Shown: positions 40,921 through 49,934 of the stretch, piece after piece
Numbering within the stretch: the first letter of the stretch is position 1
Layout of the letters: each line of letters opens with the position of its first letter
Assembly (NCBI GenBank): GCA_963667665.2
Contig: OY763927.2
Coordinates: 672,001-736,000 of the forward strand
Origin: Nitrosopumilus sp.
GTDB taxonomy: Archaea > Thermoproteota > Nitrososphaeria > Nitrososphaerales > Nitrosopumilaceae
Direction: 5' to 3'
Length of the DNA stretch: 64,000 nt
Notes under the pieces: generated by a model
Database searches by the model: none
Told to the model about the DNA's origin: nothing
The model's input: the letters and a program-made list of their open reading frames with translations, nothing else
Translations under genes and position numbers: made by a program

Positions 40921-41675
40921 TTATGTCCACGTACAGATCTTACTATCTCAGTGGCATCTACTTCACTTTCTGTTATTATGTTCTCTAGTATGCCTGCAAG
41001 TTTTTTAATGGAATATGGCTCTGTTTTTGGAATTGACTTTAGACCAATTATGTTACTAAGTTTTTGTCGAATATTTTCATCCTGAAACGGAAACTCATTA
41101 ACCTGTTCTGTTGAAGAAATTACTGACAAATCTGGTTGTTTTGTTGTAAAGGGGACCACATATTGTAAACTTGGGTTTGCTGCTCTTTCTAACAGCGTTT
41201 GGCGAACATCATGCTTAATTTTACTATTTGTAGTATACTCTGGATATAATGTATATGCATCAGTTATTAGATCGCTTAAAGGACGTTTAAAATAAAAATT
41301 TGTAATAGTTTTAATTTTTTCATAAATTTCTTTGTTAGAATTAATCAAATTTTTAATTATATCTTTACCCTTTTCTGTTAATGAGTACCTGAAATGTTCT
41401 TGTCCAAATGATGATACAGTATTTTCTTCGATCAACTCTTCTTTTGTCATATATTGAACTTCAATTGCTATTTGTTTGGAAAATCCTCCAAAATCATTTG
41501 ATTCCCAGTCATCATACTTTTCTTCTTTTTCAAAAATTATTTTTGTTGAAAGCAATGTTAATTTTTGCAATCTTGTATTTCCGTTTACATATGGTGAAGC
41601 ACCAATAATTGCAAGCAACCACAATGAACGTTCAGTTAGTACCATCATCAACTGTTCCTTACTCTGTATCCACAA
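40917..41675 (-). CDS. YwgA/SocA(Panacea)-like winged-helix protein, putative antitoxin
   Basis: GNTRLQKL..., FGGFS, YSLTEKG, AYTLYPE; 4-bp overlap with the PIN gene. Confidence 0.6.
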   Translation of the reverse strand: MWIQSKEQLMMVLTERSLWLLAIIGASPYVNGNTRLQKLTLLSTKIIFEKEEKYDDWESNDFGGFSKQIAIEVQYMTKEELIEENTVSSFGQEHFRYSLTEKGKDIIKNLINSNKEIYEKIKTITNFYFKRPLSDLITDAYTLYPEYTTNSKIKHDVRQTLLERAANPSLQYVVPFTTKQPDLSVISSTEQVNEFPFQDENIRQKLSNIIGLKSIPKTEPYSIKKLAGILENIITESEVDATEIVRSVRGHN

Positions 41676-41841
41676 TTATCATACCATAATAAGATTTTGG
41701 AAATTCTATTTGTTGATTTTGTTGAAAAATACAACAATTCACCACAATTATTTCTAAGATTACCATTTAAAACTTACTAGAGTTTTGTTTCTCGATTTTG
41801 TATGTCACTATTCAAAATAACACAAAGGAGATTTTGATTAA

Positions 41842-42003
41842 TTATTTATTCAGTAATCTTTTCTCTTGACGTTCCAAACTTCTGCATTTCTTGCAATATG
41901 ATTGAAAATATGAAATTTTGTTTATTAATCTGAATCCAACTTTATCGTTGATTTCTTTTTGACCATAGAATCATTTCCTGCATTTTGGGCACTGATGTTC
42001 CAT
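41842..42003 (-). pseudogene. Small Zn-finger protein with an in-frame TGA
   Basis: MEHQCPKCRK*FYGQKEINDKVGFRL...QSYCKKCRS; TGA at 41971-41973. Confidence 0.5.
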
Positions 42004-42123
42004 AGTTAATAATAATTTTTAAATAGTATAAACATCGCTAATGATCTGTTCTTTTTTATCAGAAGATCAATTTTTAGAATAGAAATATTTTTAGATCGAT
42101 CTCAAGTATATAATTTTATAAGC

Positions 42124-42330
42124 ATGACTAAGAAAAAGATCGGTAGCGGATATTTCTATGCTGGTGTTGATGAAGAATTTTCTTTATGTTGTATTTTCTT
42201 TTTTCAGTATGTTTGGTCGGGTGAAAATAGAAAATTCTTCAAAGAATATTGTAACACAATGGATGTTTTAACTAATAATCAAGGATTGATTCTTTGTCCT
42301 GACTGTGTATCTAGAAAAATTTCTAATTGA
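42124..42330 (+). CDS. Small Cys-rich hypothetical protein
   Basis: 68-aa ATG ORF, CC...LCPDC. Confidence 0.5.
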   Translation: MTKKKIGSGYFYAGVDEEFSLCCIFFFQYVWSGENRKFFKEYCNTMDVLTNNQGLILCPDCVSRKISN

Positions 42331-42424
42331 AATCCATTAATTAATTTTCAATATTTTTGATATGAGGAACAAAAATATTTCATTAATTATAACATTTTGT
42401 ACTAAGTAAGATTGATTATTTTAC

Positions 42425-43393
42425 GGCTACATAGAAATCATCAACAAACCCAAAGAAATCAGACACATTCGGTGAGAGTTGTAAGCCAGCACACGATAAA
42501 GTAATTCTTTTGTCTTCATGGCATCATTGTATGATTTGATTTCTGATCCAAACCTTCTTTTGATTACAAAAAATATTGTTTCAGTCTTGTTTCTCTGATG
42601 GTATGTAGCCTCATCAAATTCTCGTCTCATCTCTTTTCTGTACTTTCCCCCTGTTCTACTGATGAGACAGTTCTTGTCCCTTACAGGAATCATCGAATGC
42701 ACATTTTTAGACCGAATCATTTTGTGAATTTGTTCTGAATCATATCCTTTGTCAAGTACCATTGTTTTCATCTTGACAATCTTGCACATCTGAGTGAACA
42801 GTTCCGGGAAATGTTTGATGTCGTGAGATACAGGATGATGTTGGATCACAACTGCACAGATCACTTGCGAGTTCATGTCAGATCCCGCAGACATTTTGGT
42901 AAATCCCTGCCTAATATTGCATCTGTATGTGTAGATGCTGTTGCATGTCTTGTCTCAAATCCTGTTGCATCACACCCTGCAAATATCATACCTGGTGACA
43001 TGATTCCAACAAATCATCCAACTGCAACATGCAACAGTGTGTCACTCAGTCTTGCTGCTGCCTTTTGCAGTGTGGTAAAATGTGGAATTGTTTTTAGTTG
43101 CAATTGTATTGCAATCTCAGTTGCAACTTCAAGCCATTCAACAAAACTCTCATAACTTTTTGACTCGTACTATCTAAGAACCAGCAGTATGATATGCTGG
43201 TGAATAGAAAATGTGTGCTTGGATTTTGGATGCAAAAAATATGGAACACGCATCTTCTTTAGTATGATGGCATGATGTGGATCATGCGTCTGTATTTTTT
43301 GTTCATGAAATGAGAAATGTGTGATGAGTCATTGATCCAAATGATCTAGTTTGATCTACAATATGATGAAATCGGGATGATTTCTAGGAAGCC
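42425..43393 (-). mobile_element. IS5-family (ISH1-like) insertion sequence, left copy, 969 bp, defective transposase (43306-42427)
   Basis: TIRs GGCTACATAGAAATCAT and GGCTTCCTAGAAATCAT; IPHFTTLQK, DATG, DKGYDSE, YHQRNKTET motifs; TGA, TAG and frameshifts. Confidence 0.9.
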
Positions 43394-43438
43394 CATGGAT
43401 AGTGAAGCTTTTAAGGATCCGTACAAGTAATCAATTTT

Positions 43439-46400
43439 GTGAAGACTAAAGCAATTTGCTCTCTCTTCGTACTATTTGCTATCGTAGCTGGAATAGGTAT
43501 GATCATAGTACAAGAAGCAGAAGCTGTAGAAGAACACATGGAAGAAGAAACAATTGAAGTTGGTGACAATGAAGGAATTAGAGCCAATACTGGTTCTATA
43601 TCTTTAGACAGAACTGTCTATCCAGTTCCATTTGGACAACCAGACCAAGGTGAATCTTACTTTGCAGTACATGCTACAGCTATTGGTGACCTTTCTGTTG
43701 CTTCTCCTGGATTACATCTGGATAATGGTGATCTTACTGTCCATATCAGAGTAAATGATCCAGACGCAGATGTTAACCCAGTCGGTGAAGATACAATCGC
43801 CACCAACAGCACAGATGGAGTAGGTCCAGTTAAGATCTCTATACTTAGAGGTTCTAGCTCAATCACACTCGGCTATGCAGGAGGTGATGCAGAAGTAGCA
43901 GGTCCTTTGGGCGTTGATGATTTTGACGCAAAAGCAACCCTGCAACTTGGTCCAATTTCTGAAATTGCACCATCTGCAGGTATCTTCGAATTAGACCTTG
44001 TCATCAGATATACTGATGGTCCTGCAAGTGTAACTTGCCCAGCTACAGAAACCTTCACAAATGTTAATGGCGATGGTGATTCGACTGAACTTAGCAGATT
44101 TTCAACAGAAGCAGCAAGTGGCAGCAATTATTGTATCTTACAAGGAGATATTCTCCAAGTAGAATACACTGATCCAGCCGATGCATCTGGTGGTGTTAAC
44201 ACTGTTACTGACTCTGCTACCTTTGACCTAAGAAACGGTGTATTGCAATCCGACAAATCTGTTTACATTATCGGCTCTGACATGATCTTAACACTCATTG
44301 AACCAGACCTTGATCTGGACAATGACGGTGCTGAGACCTATGACTTGGACTTAATTGAATGGGATTCAGATGCAGCTACCACTACCATGGGTGACCTAGG
44401 TGTTGGTGAGATAGCATTCGACCCAGAACCAACAAACTTTAGAGAAACAGGTGACAGTACTGGTATCTTCCAGATTGTTATCGAGATTCCTGAATCATTA
44501 GATGGTGCTAGCCTTGAAAGAGGTGAGGAAATCACTCTAGAGTATACTGATTGGGGTCCATCAAGAGCTGACTATGTAGGCAATGAAGATGAAGATGTAA
44601 ACATTACTGTTTATACTTCAAGCTTCGGTACAACTGTAGAGCTTGACCAAAAAGTTTACACATGGACTGATAAAGTCTACATTACTATTGTCGCTCCAGA
44701 TCACAACTTTGACGGTGATCTAGTTGACGAAATCGGCGATTCTGCTTCAGACCCAATAAAGGTCTCAACTAGAGGATTCGATCTTGACAACTATAAACTC
44801 GTTGAAACTGGAACTGACACAGGCATCTTCACAGGTGAAGTAATCCTTACAGGATTTTCTGAACATGATGCAGATGGCGATGGTAGTCCAGGCGATGCAT
44901 CAGGCGCTATATCCCTAGATAATGGTGGTCCAACAGATGGGCTGTTACCAACAGATAATGATGACGGACTTACAGTATCCTTTGAATTCTCAGAGGATGA
45001 AACTGTAGTAGGTTCAGCACTTATCAGATGGAACATAGGTGAAACTCAATGGTTAGAAGCAAGTTATCCAGCTAGCGGAACAGGTGTTGTAAGAATAATT
45101 GATCCAGACATGAACTTAAATCCAGAAGCAGTCGACAACTTCAATGTCGATGTGTGGTCTGACTCCGATGCCGGAGGTACTGACCTTACTGTAATTGAGA
45201 CTAATGGGGCAACCGGAATATTCGAAGGTACTGTGTTCTTCACAACTACCGATGAATCATCTGGTCACAGACTCAGAGTCGCAGAAGGTGACACTGTCAC
45301 CGCAGAATATGAGGACAATACACTACCAGATCCGTACACAATTGTAGATGAACTCGATATTGCTGCCACTACACTAATTGGCACTGTAGTACCAGATTCT
45401 CCTCCAACACCTGAATCAACACCTGAATCAACACCTGAATCAACACCTGAATCAACACCTGAATCAACACCTGAATCAACACCTGAATCAACACCTGAAT
45501 CAACACCTGAATCAACACCTGAATCAACACCTGAATCAACACCTGAATCAACACCTGAATCAACACCTGAATCAACACCTGAATCAACACCTGAATCAAC
45601 ACCTGAATCAACACCTGAATCAACACCTGAATCAACACCTGAATCAACACCTGAATCAACACCTGAATCAACACCTGAATCAACACCTGAATCAACACCT
45701 GAATCAACACCTGAATCAACACCTGAATCAACACCTGAATCAACACCTGAATCAACACCTGAATCAACACCTGAATCAACACCTGAATCAACACCTGAAT
45801 CAACACCTGAATCAACACCTGAATCAACACCTGAATCAACACCTGAATCAACACCTGAATCAACACCTGAAACAGAAATTGACCTAAAAGTTTCAGCAGA
45901 TGAGGAAATATATGATCTTGGAGATTCAGTAAGAATTCTAGTAGAAATTGATGGAATCTCAGGCTCACAAAAAGTAGCAATTGATGTAACTGATCCTAGA
46001 GGAATCGCAGTAATTTCACGTTCACTTACACTTTCTTCTAATGATATTAATGAAGAAATTGAATTTAAAATTTTAGAGGATTTCAGAACAGGAACCTACA
46101 AAGTAACTGCAACAACATCTGATGGTGGAAAAACTATCAAAGATACTACCTATTTTAAGATAAAATCACAATTCAATTCATTTAAAATTACAAATGTAGA
46201 TGTAACTGATCAACAAGGGAACCCATCTGACTTGGAAGCAGGAGAGATAGGATTCATTAAAGTATATCTAGAATCAAACAAGTCTATTGCAACTCTAGTT
46301 ACTGTAAATCTCTTTGATGCTGATTTAACAAGCATAGGAATTGGTTCAGTAAAAACTACCCTTTCTTCTGGAACTTCAGAAATTATTTTATCATTTATGA

Positions 46401-46942
46401 TACCTGAAGATGCTGCAATTGGTCCAGCTGATATCTATGTTAATGCGTTTTCTGATTGGCCAAGTACTGGAGGCATTCCACTAACTGGTGAATTCTCAAT
46501 CACTGAATTTATTGGAAATACAAATTCACCTCCTGTTACTATACCAGAACCTGAACCAACCCTTCTACCTACCATTATACCTACTCCAACTATTCAAGAA
46601 TCAGCATTAAATTCAATTGTTAGAACTACAGACAAAGGTACAGTAAATGTAAGATTAACTTATGATGAAATTGAGCCAGACATTCAAACAAAAATAAATA
46701 TTGATTTTATTGATTCTCAAACAGATAAAACACAAGCACATGTTGATTATTTACTTACAGTTTCAAAAGACAGTGAACCTGTTTTTGGATCTACTCATCT
46801 TATTCATACATCTGAAGGCTTTGTAAAAATCCCAATTGAATTTAATCTTGGGAAAGGAGTATATCCAATGAACATTAAAGTAGTAGGAATTTTATTTAAT
46901 CCCATTCCAACAGAAACAGTTTCTTTTAATGTTTTAGTATGA
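43439..46942 (+). CDS. Chimeric S-layer-like surface protein (thaumarchaeal SlaA-type core, TPES linker, Ig-like domains)
   Basis: Signal peptide; ISLDRTVYPVPFG, DLRNGVLQSDKSVYIIGSD and repeated ETG..TGIF motifs of Nitrosopumilus S-layer proteins. Confidence 0.8.
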   Translation: MKTKAICSLFVLFAIVAGIGMIIVQEAEAVEEHMEEETIEVGDNEGIRANTGSISLDRTVYPVPFGQPDQGESYFAVHATAIGDLSVASPGLHLDNGDLTVHIRVNDPDADVNPVGEDTIATNSTDGVGPVKISILRGSSSITLGYAGGDAEVAGPLGVDDFDAKATLQLGPISEIAPSAGIFELDLVIRYTDGPASVTCPATETFTNVNGDGDSTELSRFSTEAASGSNYCILQGDILQVEYTDPADASGGVNTVTDSATFDLRNGVLQSDKSVYIIGSDMILTLIEPDLDLDNDGAETYDLDLIEWDSDAATTTMGDLGVGEIAFDPEPTNFRETGDSTGIFQIVIEIPESLDGASLERGEEITLEYTDWGPSRADYVGNEDEDVNITVYTSSFGTTVELDQKVYTWTDKVYITIVAPDHNFDGDLVDEIGDSASDPIKVSTRGFDLDNYKLVETGTDTGIFTGEVILTGFSEHDADGDGSPGDASGAISLDNGGPTDGLLPTDNDDGLTVSFEFSEDETVVGSALIRWNIGETQWLEASYPASGTGVVRIIDPDMNLNPEAVDNFNVDVWSDSDAGGTDLTVIETNGATGIFEGTVFFTTTDESSGHRLRVAEGDTVTAEYEDNTLPDPYTIVDELDIAATTLIGTVVPDSPPTPESTPESTPESTPESTPESTPESTPESTPESTPESTPESTPESTPESTPESTPESTPESTPESTPESTPESTPESTPESTPESTPESTPESTPESTPESTPESTPESTPESTPESTPESTPESTPESTPESTPESTPESTPESTPESTPESTPETEIDLKVSADEEIYDLGDSVRILVEIDGISGSQKVAIDVTDPRGIAVISRSLTLSSNDINEEIEFKILEDFRTGTYKVTATTSDGGKTIKDTTYFKIKSQFNSFKITNVDVTDQQGNPSDLEAGEIGFIKVYLESNKSIATLVTVNLFDADLTSIGIGSVKTTLSSGTSEIILSFMIPEDAAIGPADIYVNAFSDWPSTGGIPLTGEFSITEFIGNTNSPPVTIPEPEPTLLPTIIPTPTIQESALNSIVRTTDKGTVNVRLTYDEIEPDIQTKINIDFIDSQTDKTQAHVDYLLTVSKDSEPVFGSTHLIHTSEGFVKIPIEFNLGKGVYPMNIKVVGILFNPIPTETVSFNVLV
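45405..45871 (+). repeat. Perfect 12-bp tandem repeat, about 39 copies, encoding (TPES)n
   Basis: Unit caacacctgaat over 467 bp. Confidence 0.95.
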
Positions 46943-47808
46943 GTTGTAAAATAGAAATGAAAATAATATTTTTTTTGATTCTTTTAACTCCTGTAATGCT
47001 AATACCTGTATTCTCTCAATCACCAATCACATTTGATGTAGATACTACAACGTTTGTTCCAGGAGAAATTGTAGAACTAAAAGGAACCGTAGATATAGGA
47101 CTAGAAGGAAAACTAATAGCAGTTGAAATTAAAGATGCAGAAGGAAATATCATACTAATTAGAACAGTAACTTCAGATATTAATGGAGAATTTACTTTAA
47201 AATTCAAGGTTCCAAGTACTGTAAAAGATGGAGAGTTTGATATAGTAACTAATATAGAAATTGATGGTCAATCATTTTCTGAAACAAAATCTGTTGAAAC
47301 AAAATCTGTTGAAACAAAATCTGTTGAAACAATAAAGATGGATCCTGAACCAAAACCAACTTGTGGTAAAGGAACTGTATTAAAAGATGATATATGTGTA
47401 ATAGATATAAAACAACAACTAGAACCTGAAAAAAATCCTAAAGGTGGTGGTTGTCTAATTGCTACTGCTACATATGGCTCAGAACTAGCTCCACAAGTTC
47501 AATCACTTAGAGAGCTTAGAGACAATTCATTACTAAACACAGAATCAGGATCTACATTTATGGAATTATTCAATAATTTTTACTACTCATTTAGTCCAAT
47601 TATTGCTGATTATGAAAGAGAAAATCCAATATTTCGAGAAGCAATAAAGATTGCAATTACTCCAATGATTACTAGCTTATCTATTTTAAATTATGTCGAT
47701 ATGAATTCAGAAGAATCAGTGTTAGGATATGGGATTAGTTTGATTATATTGAATGGAATGATGTATTTTGGAATTCCTGCTATTATAATTTCGAGAATTA
47801 GAAAATAA
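46939..47808 (+). CDS. Surface protein with a CFI-box-CTERM domain
   Basis: CGKGT..C, GGGCLIATATYGSELAPQVQSLRELRD, FNNFYYSFSP, C-terminal TM helix; (ETKSV)3 repeat. Confidence 0.85.
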   Translation: MSCKIEMKIIFFLILLTPVMLIPVFSQSPITFDVDTTTFVPGEIVELKGTVDIGLEGKLIAVEIKDAEGNIILIRTVTSDINGEFTLKFKVPSTVKDGEFDIVTNIEIDGQSFSETKSVETKSVETKSVETIKMDPEPKPTCGKGTVLKDDICVIDIKQQLEPEKNPKGGGCLIATATYGSELAPQVQSLRELRDNSLLNTESGSTFMELFNNFYYSFSPIIADYERENPIFREAIKIAITPMITSLSILNYVDMNSEESVLGYGISLIILNGMMYFGIPAIIISRIRK

Positions 47809-47852
47809 AATTACTCGAAGAATTAAACTAAGAACCATTAAAATAAGATAAA

Positions 47853-48365
47853 TCATTTTCTTTGCCTTAGTTTTGCTTTTTTCAGCAGGACAATTCCAAC
47901 CATGAGCGGCACAGCTCCAATTCCCATTGGAATTAACGCGGAAATCAAAATTATCCTGTGATCTAGTTCTTGCTCAAAACGCTCAGGAGCCAATGCAGAC
48001 AAACCACTTTGTATCCAAGAAATAGCAAAAAATATCAAAATACTTGCCGCTATAATTAACATATATTTTCTAGTTGGAATCTTTTTTATTTTCAAAATTA
48101 TATTTGGTATGATGAACGTTAATGAAATAATTCCCAATATGATTGGTCCTGCAACAAGTATTGAATTAAACGCTAATAGCCTTCCAGCAGAATCATATGC
48201 ATAACTGGGAGACAAGTCTGAATCAAGATCAACTACACCTTCACCATAATCTGTATCTGATTCTGATCTCAAGTTTATTGAATATATCAAAGCAGTAAAA
48301 ACAATCAAACCCAAAAAAATACAAAATGCAATTATTATCAGATATTTAATTTCATCAATCATCAT
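47853..48365 (-). CDS. Four-TM membrane protein
   Basis: Hydrophobic helices across a 170-aa ORF. Confidence 0.65.
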   Translation of the reverse strand: MMIDEIKYLIIIAFCIFLGLIVFTALIYSINLRSESDTDYGEGVVDLDSDLSPSYAYDSAGRLLAFNSILVAGPIILGIISLTFIIPNIILKIKKIPTRKYMLIIAASILIFFAISWIQSGLSALAPERFEQELDHRIILISALIPMGIGAVPLMVGIVLLKKAKLRQRK

Positions 48366-48568
48366 TTTATTACATGTGTAGGATCTGCTATAATTTTTCT
48401 CAAATCAAAAATTATTTTAGGATAAAACATCTGTGCTTCTATTGTTGTAGAATTAGATAAAACCATATCTTCATAAGTTACAATTAATTTATCTAGTGCT
48501 TTTATGATTTCTTTGCATTGATTCATAAGATATCCTTGAGTAAATACATAGTTATGAGAACAGCTCAT
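48362..48568 (-). CDS. Small hypothetical protein
   Basis: ATGA overlap with the downstream membrane protein gene. Confidence 0.4.
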   Translation of the reverse strand: MSCSHNYVFTQGYLMNQCKEIIKALDKLIVTYEDMVLSNSTTIEAQMFYPKIIFDLRKIIADPTHVIK

Positions 48569-48681
48569 ATCAGTGATGTGAAAAGTAGTGATGAGTTATA
48601 TAAGCAACCTCTAACTCCATCAGGGAAATGATCCCAGCTTGGTTCACCCGTTGCTTCTATATAATAACTATAAGTTCCATC

Positions 48682-49651
48682 GGCTTCCTAGAAATCATTC
48701 CGATTTCATCATATTGTAGATCAAACTAGATCATTTGGATCAATGACTCATCACACATTTCTCATTTCATGAACAAAAAATACAGACGCATGATCCACAT
48801 CATGCTATCCATACTAAAGAAGATGCGTGTTCCATATTTTTTGCATCCAAAATCCAAGCACACATTTTCTATTCACCAGCATATCATACTGCTGGTTCTT
48901 AGACAGTACGAGTCAAAAAGTTATGAGAGTTTTGTTGAATGGCTTGAAGTTGCAACTGAGATTGCAATACAATTGCAACTAAAAACAATTCCACATTTTA
49001 CCACACTGCAAAAGGCAGCAGCAAGACTGAGTGACACACTGCTGCACGTTGCAGTTGGATGATTTGTTGGAATCATGTCACCAGGTATGATATTTGCAGG
49101 GTGTGATGCAACAGGATTTGAGACAAGACATGCAACAGCATCTACACATACAGATGCAATATTAGGCAGGGATTTACCAAAATGTCTGCGGGATCTGACA
49201 TGAACTCGCAAGTGATCTGTGCAGTTGTGATCCAACATCATCCTGTATCTCACGACATCAAACATTTCCCGGAACTGTTCACTCAGATGTGCAAGATTGT
49301 CAAGATGAAAACAATGGTACTTGACAAAGGATATGATTCAGAACAAATTCACAAAATGATTCGGTCTAAAAATGTGCATTCGATGATTCCTGTAAGGGAC
49401 AAGAACTGTCTCATCAGTAGAACAGGGGGAAAGTACAGAAAAGAGATGAGACGAGAATTTGATGAGGCTACATACCATCAGAGAAACAAGACTGAAACAA
49501 TATTTTCTGTAATCAAAAGAAGGTTTGGATCAGAAATCAAATCATACAATGATGCCATGAAGACAAAAGAATTACTTTATCGTGTGCTGGCTTACAACTG
49601 TCACCGAATGTGTCTGATTTCTTTGGGTTTGTTGATGATTTCTATGTAGCC
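48682..49651 (+). mobile_element. IS5-family (ISH1-like) insertion sequence, right copy, 970 bp, defective transposase (48769-49649)
   Basis: Near-identical inverted copy of 42425-43393; TGA at 49060-49062 and a 1-bp frameshift near 49140. Confidence 0.9.
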
Positions 49652-49929
49652 TATTTTACCTCAATGCCATTCCAAAAAGCCACCATTCCCTTAATCTTCA
49701 TGGCGACATCATTTGGTTCTGCATAATACCAAGCGCAATCTTTGTTGGTTTTTCCATTGACTATAATTGAATAATAGTTTGCCATCCCCTTCCAACCACA
49801 AAGTGTAGTCAGTTCAGTCTTTTCAAAAAACTCATTTTTTATTGAATCAAATGGAAAGTAATGATTGCCTTCTACCACAACTGTTTCATCGCTTTCAGCT
49901 ACTACAACATCATTCCAGATAGCTTGCAT
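49651..49929 (-). CDS. DUF427 domain protein
   Basis: VVAESDETVVVEGNHYFP, CGWKG.ANYY, AWYY. Confidence 0.88.
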   Translation of the reverse strand: MQAIWNDVVVAESDETVVVEGNHYFPFDSIKNEFFEKTELTTLCGWKGMANYYSIIVNGKTNKDCAWYYAEPNDVAMKIKGMVAFWNGIEVK

Positions 49930-49934
49930 TCTAA

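Larger units (their letters stand above)
42425..49651. mobile_element. Composite transposon bounded by inverted IS copies, 8-bp TSD TATTTTAC
   Basis: TATTTTAC at 42417-42424 and 49652-49659 directly abuts the outer GGCTACATAGAAATCAT ends. Confidence 0.85.

Noticed and set aside
42811-43155. 114-aa ORF repeated in both IS copies (also 48921-49265)
   Set aside because: Antisense to the transposase; its conservation simply reflects the IS duplication.
45405-45871. Long repeat arrays (also 22642-22872 and 24561-25108) as possible CRISPR arrays
   Set aside because: Units are head-to-tail with no unique spacers, are multiples of 3 and lie in frame within proteins; no cas genes are visible.
42425-49651. 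Inverted IS pair as the product of intramolecular replicative inversion
   Set aside because: That route leaves different outer flanks matched by reverse-complemented inner flanks; here the outer flanks are the same direct 8-mer and the inner flanks do not match them.
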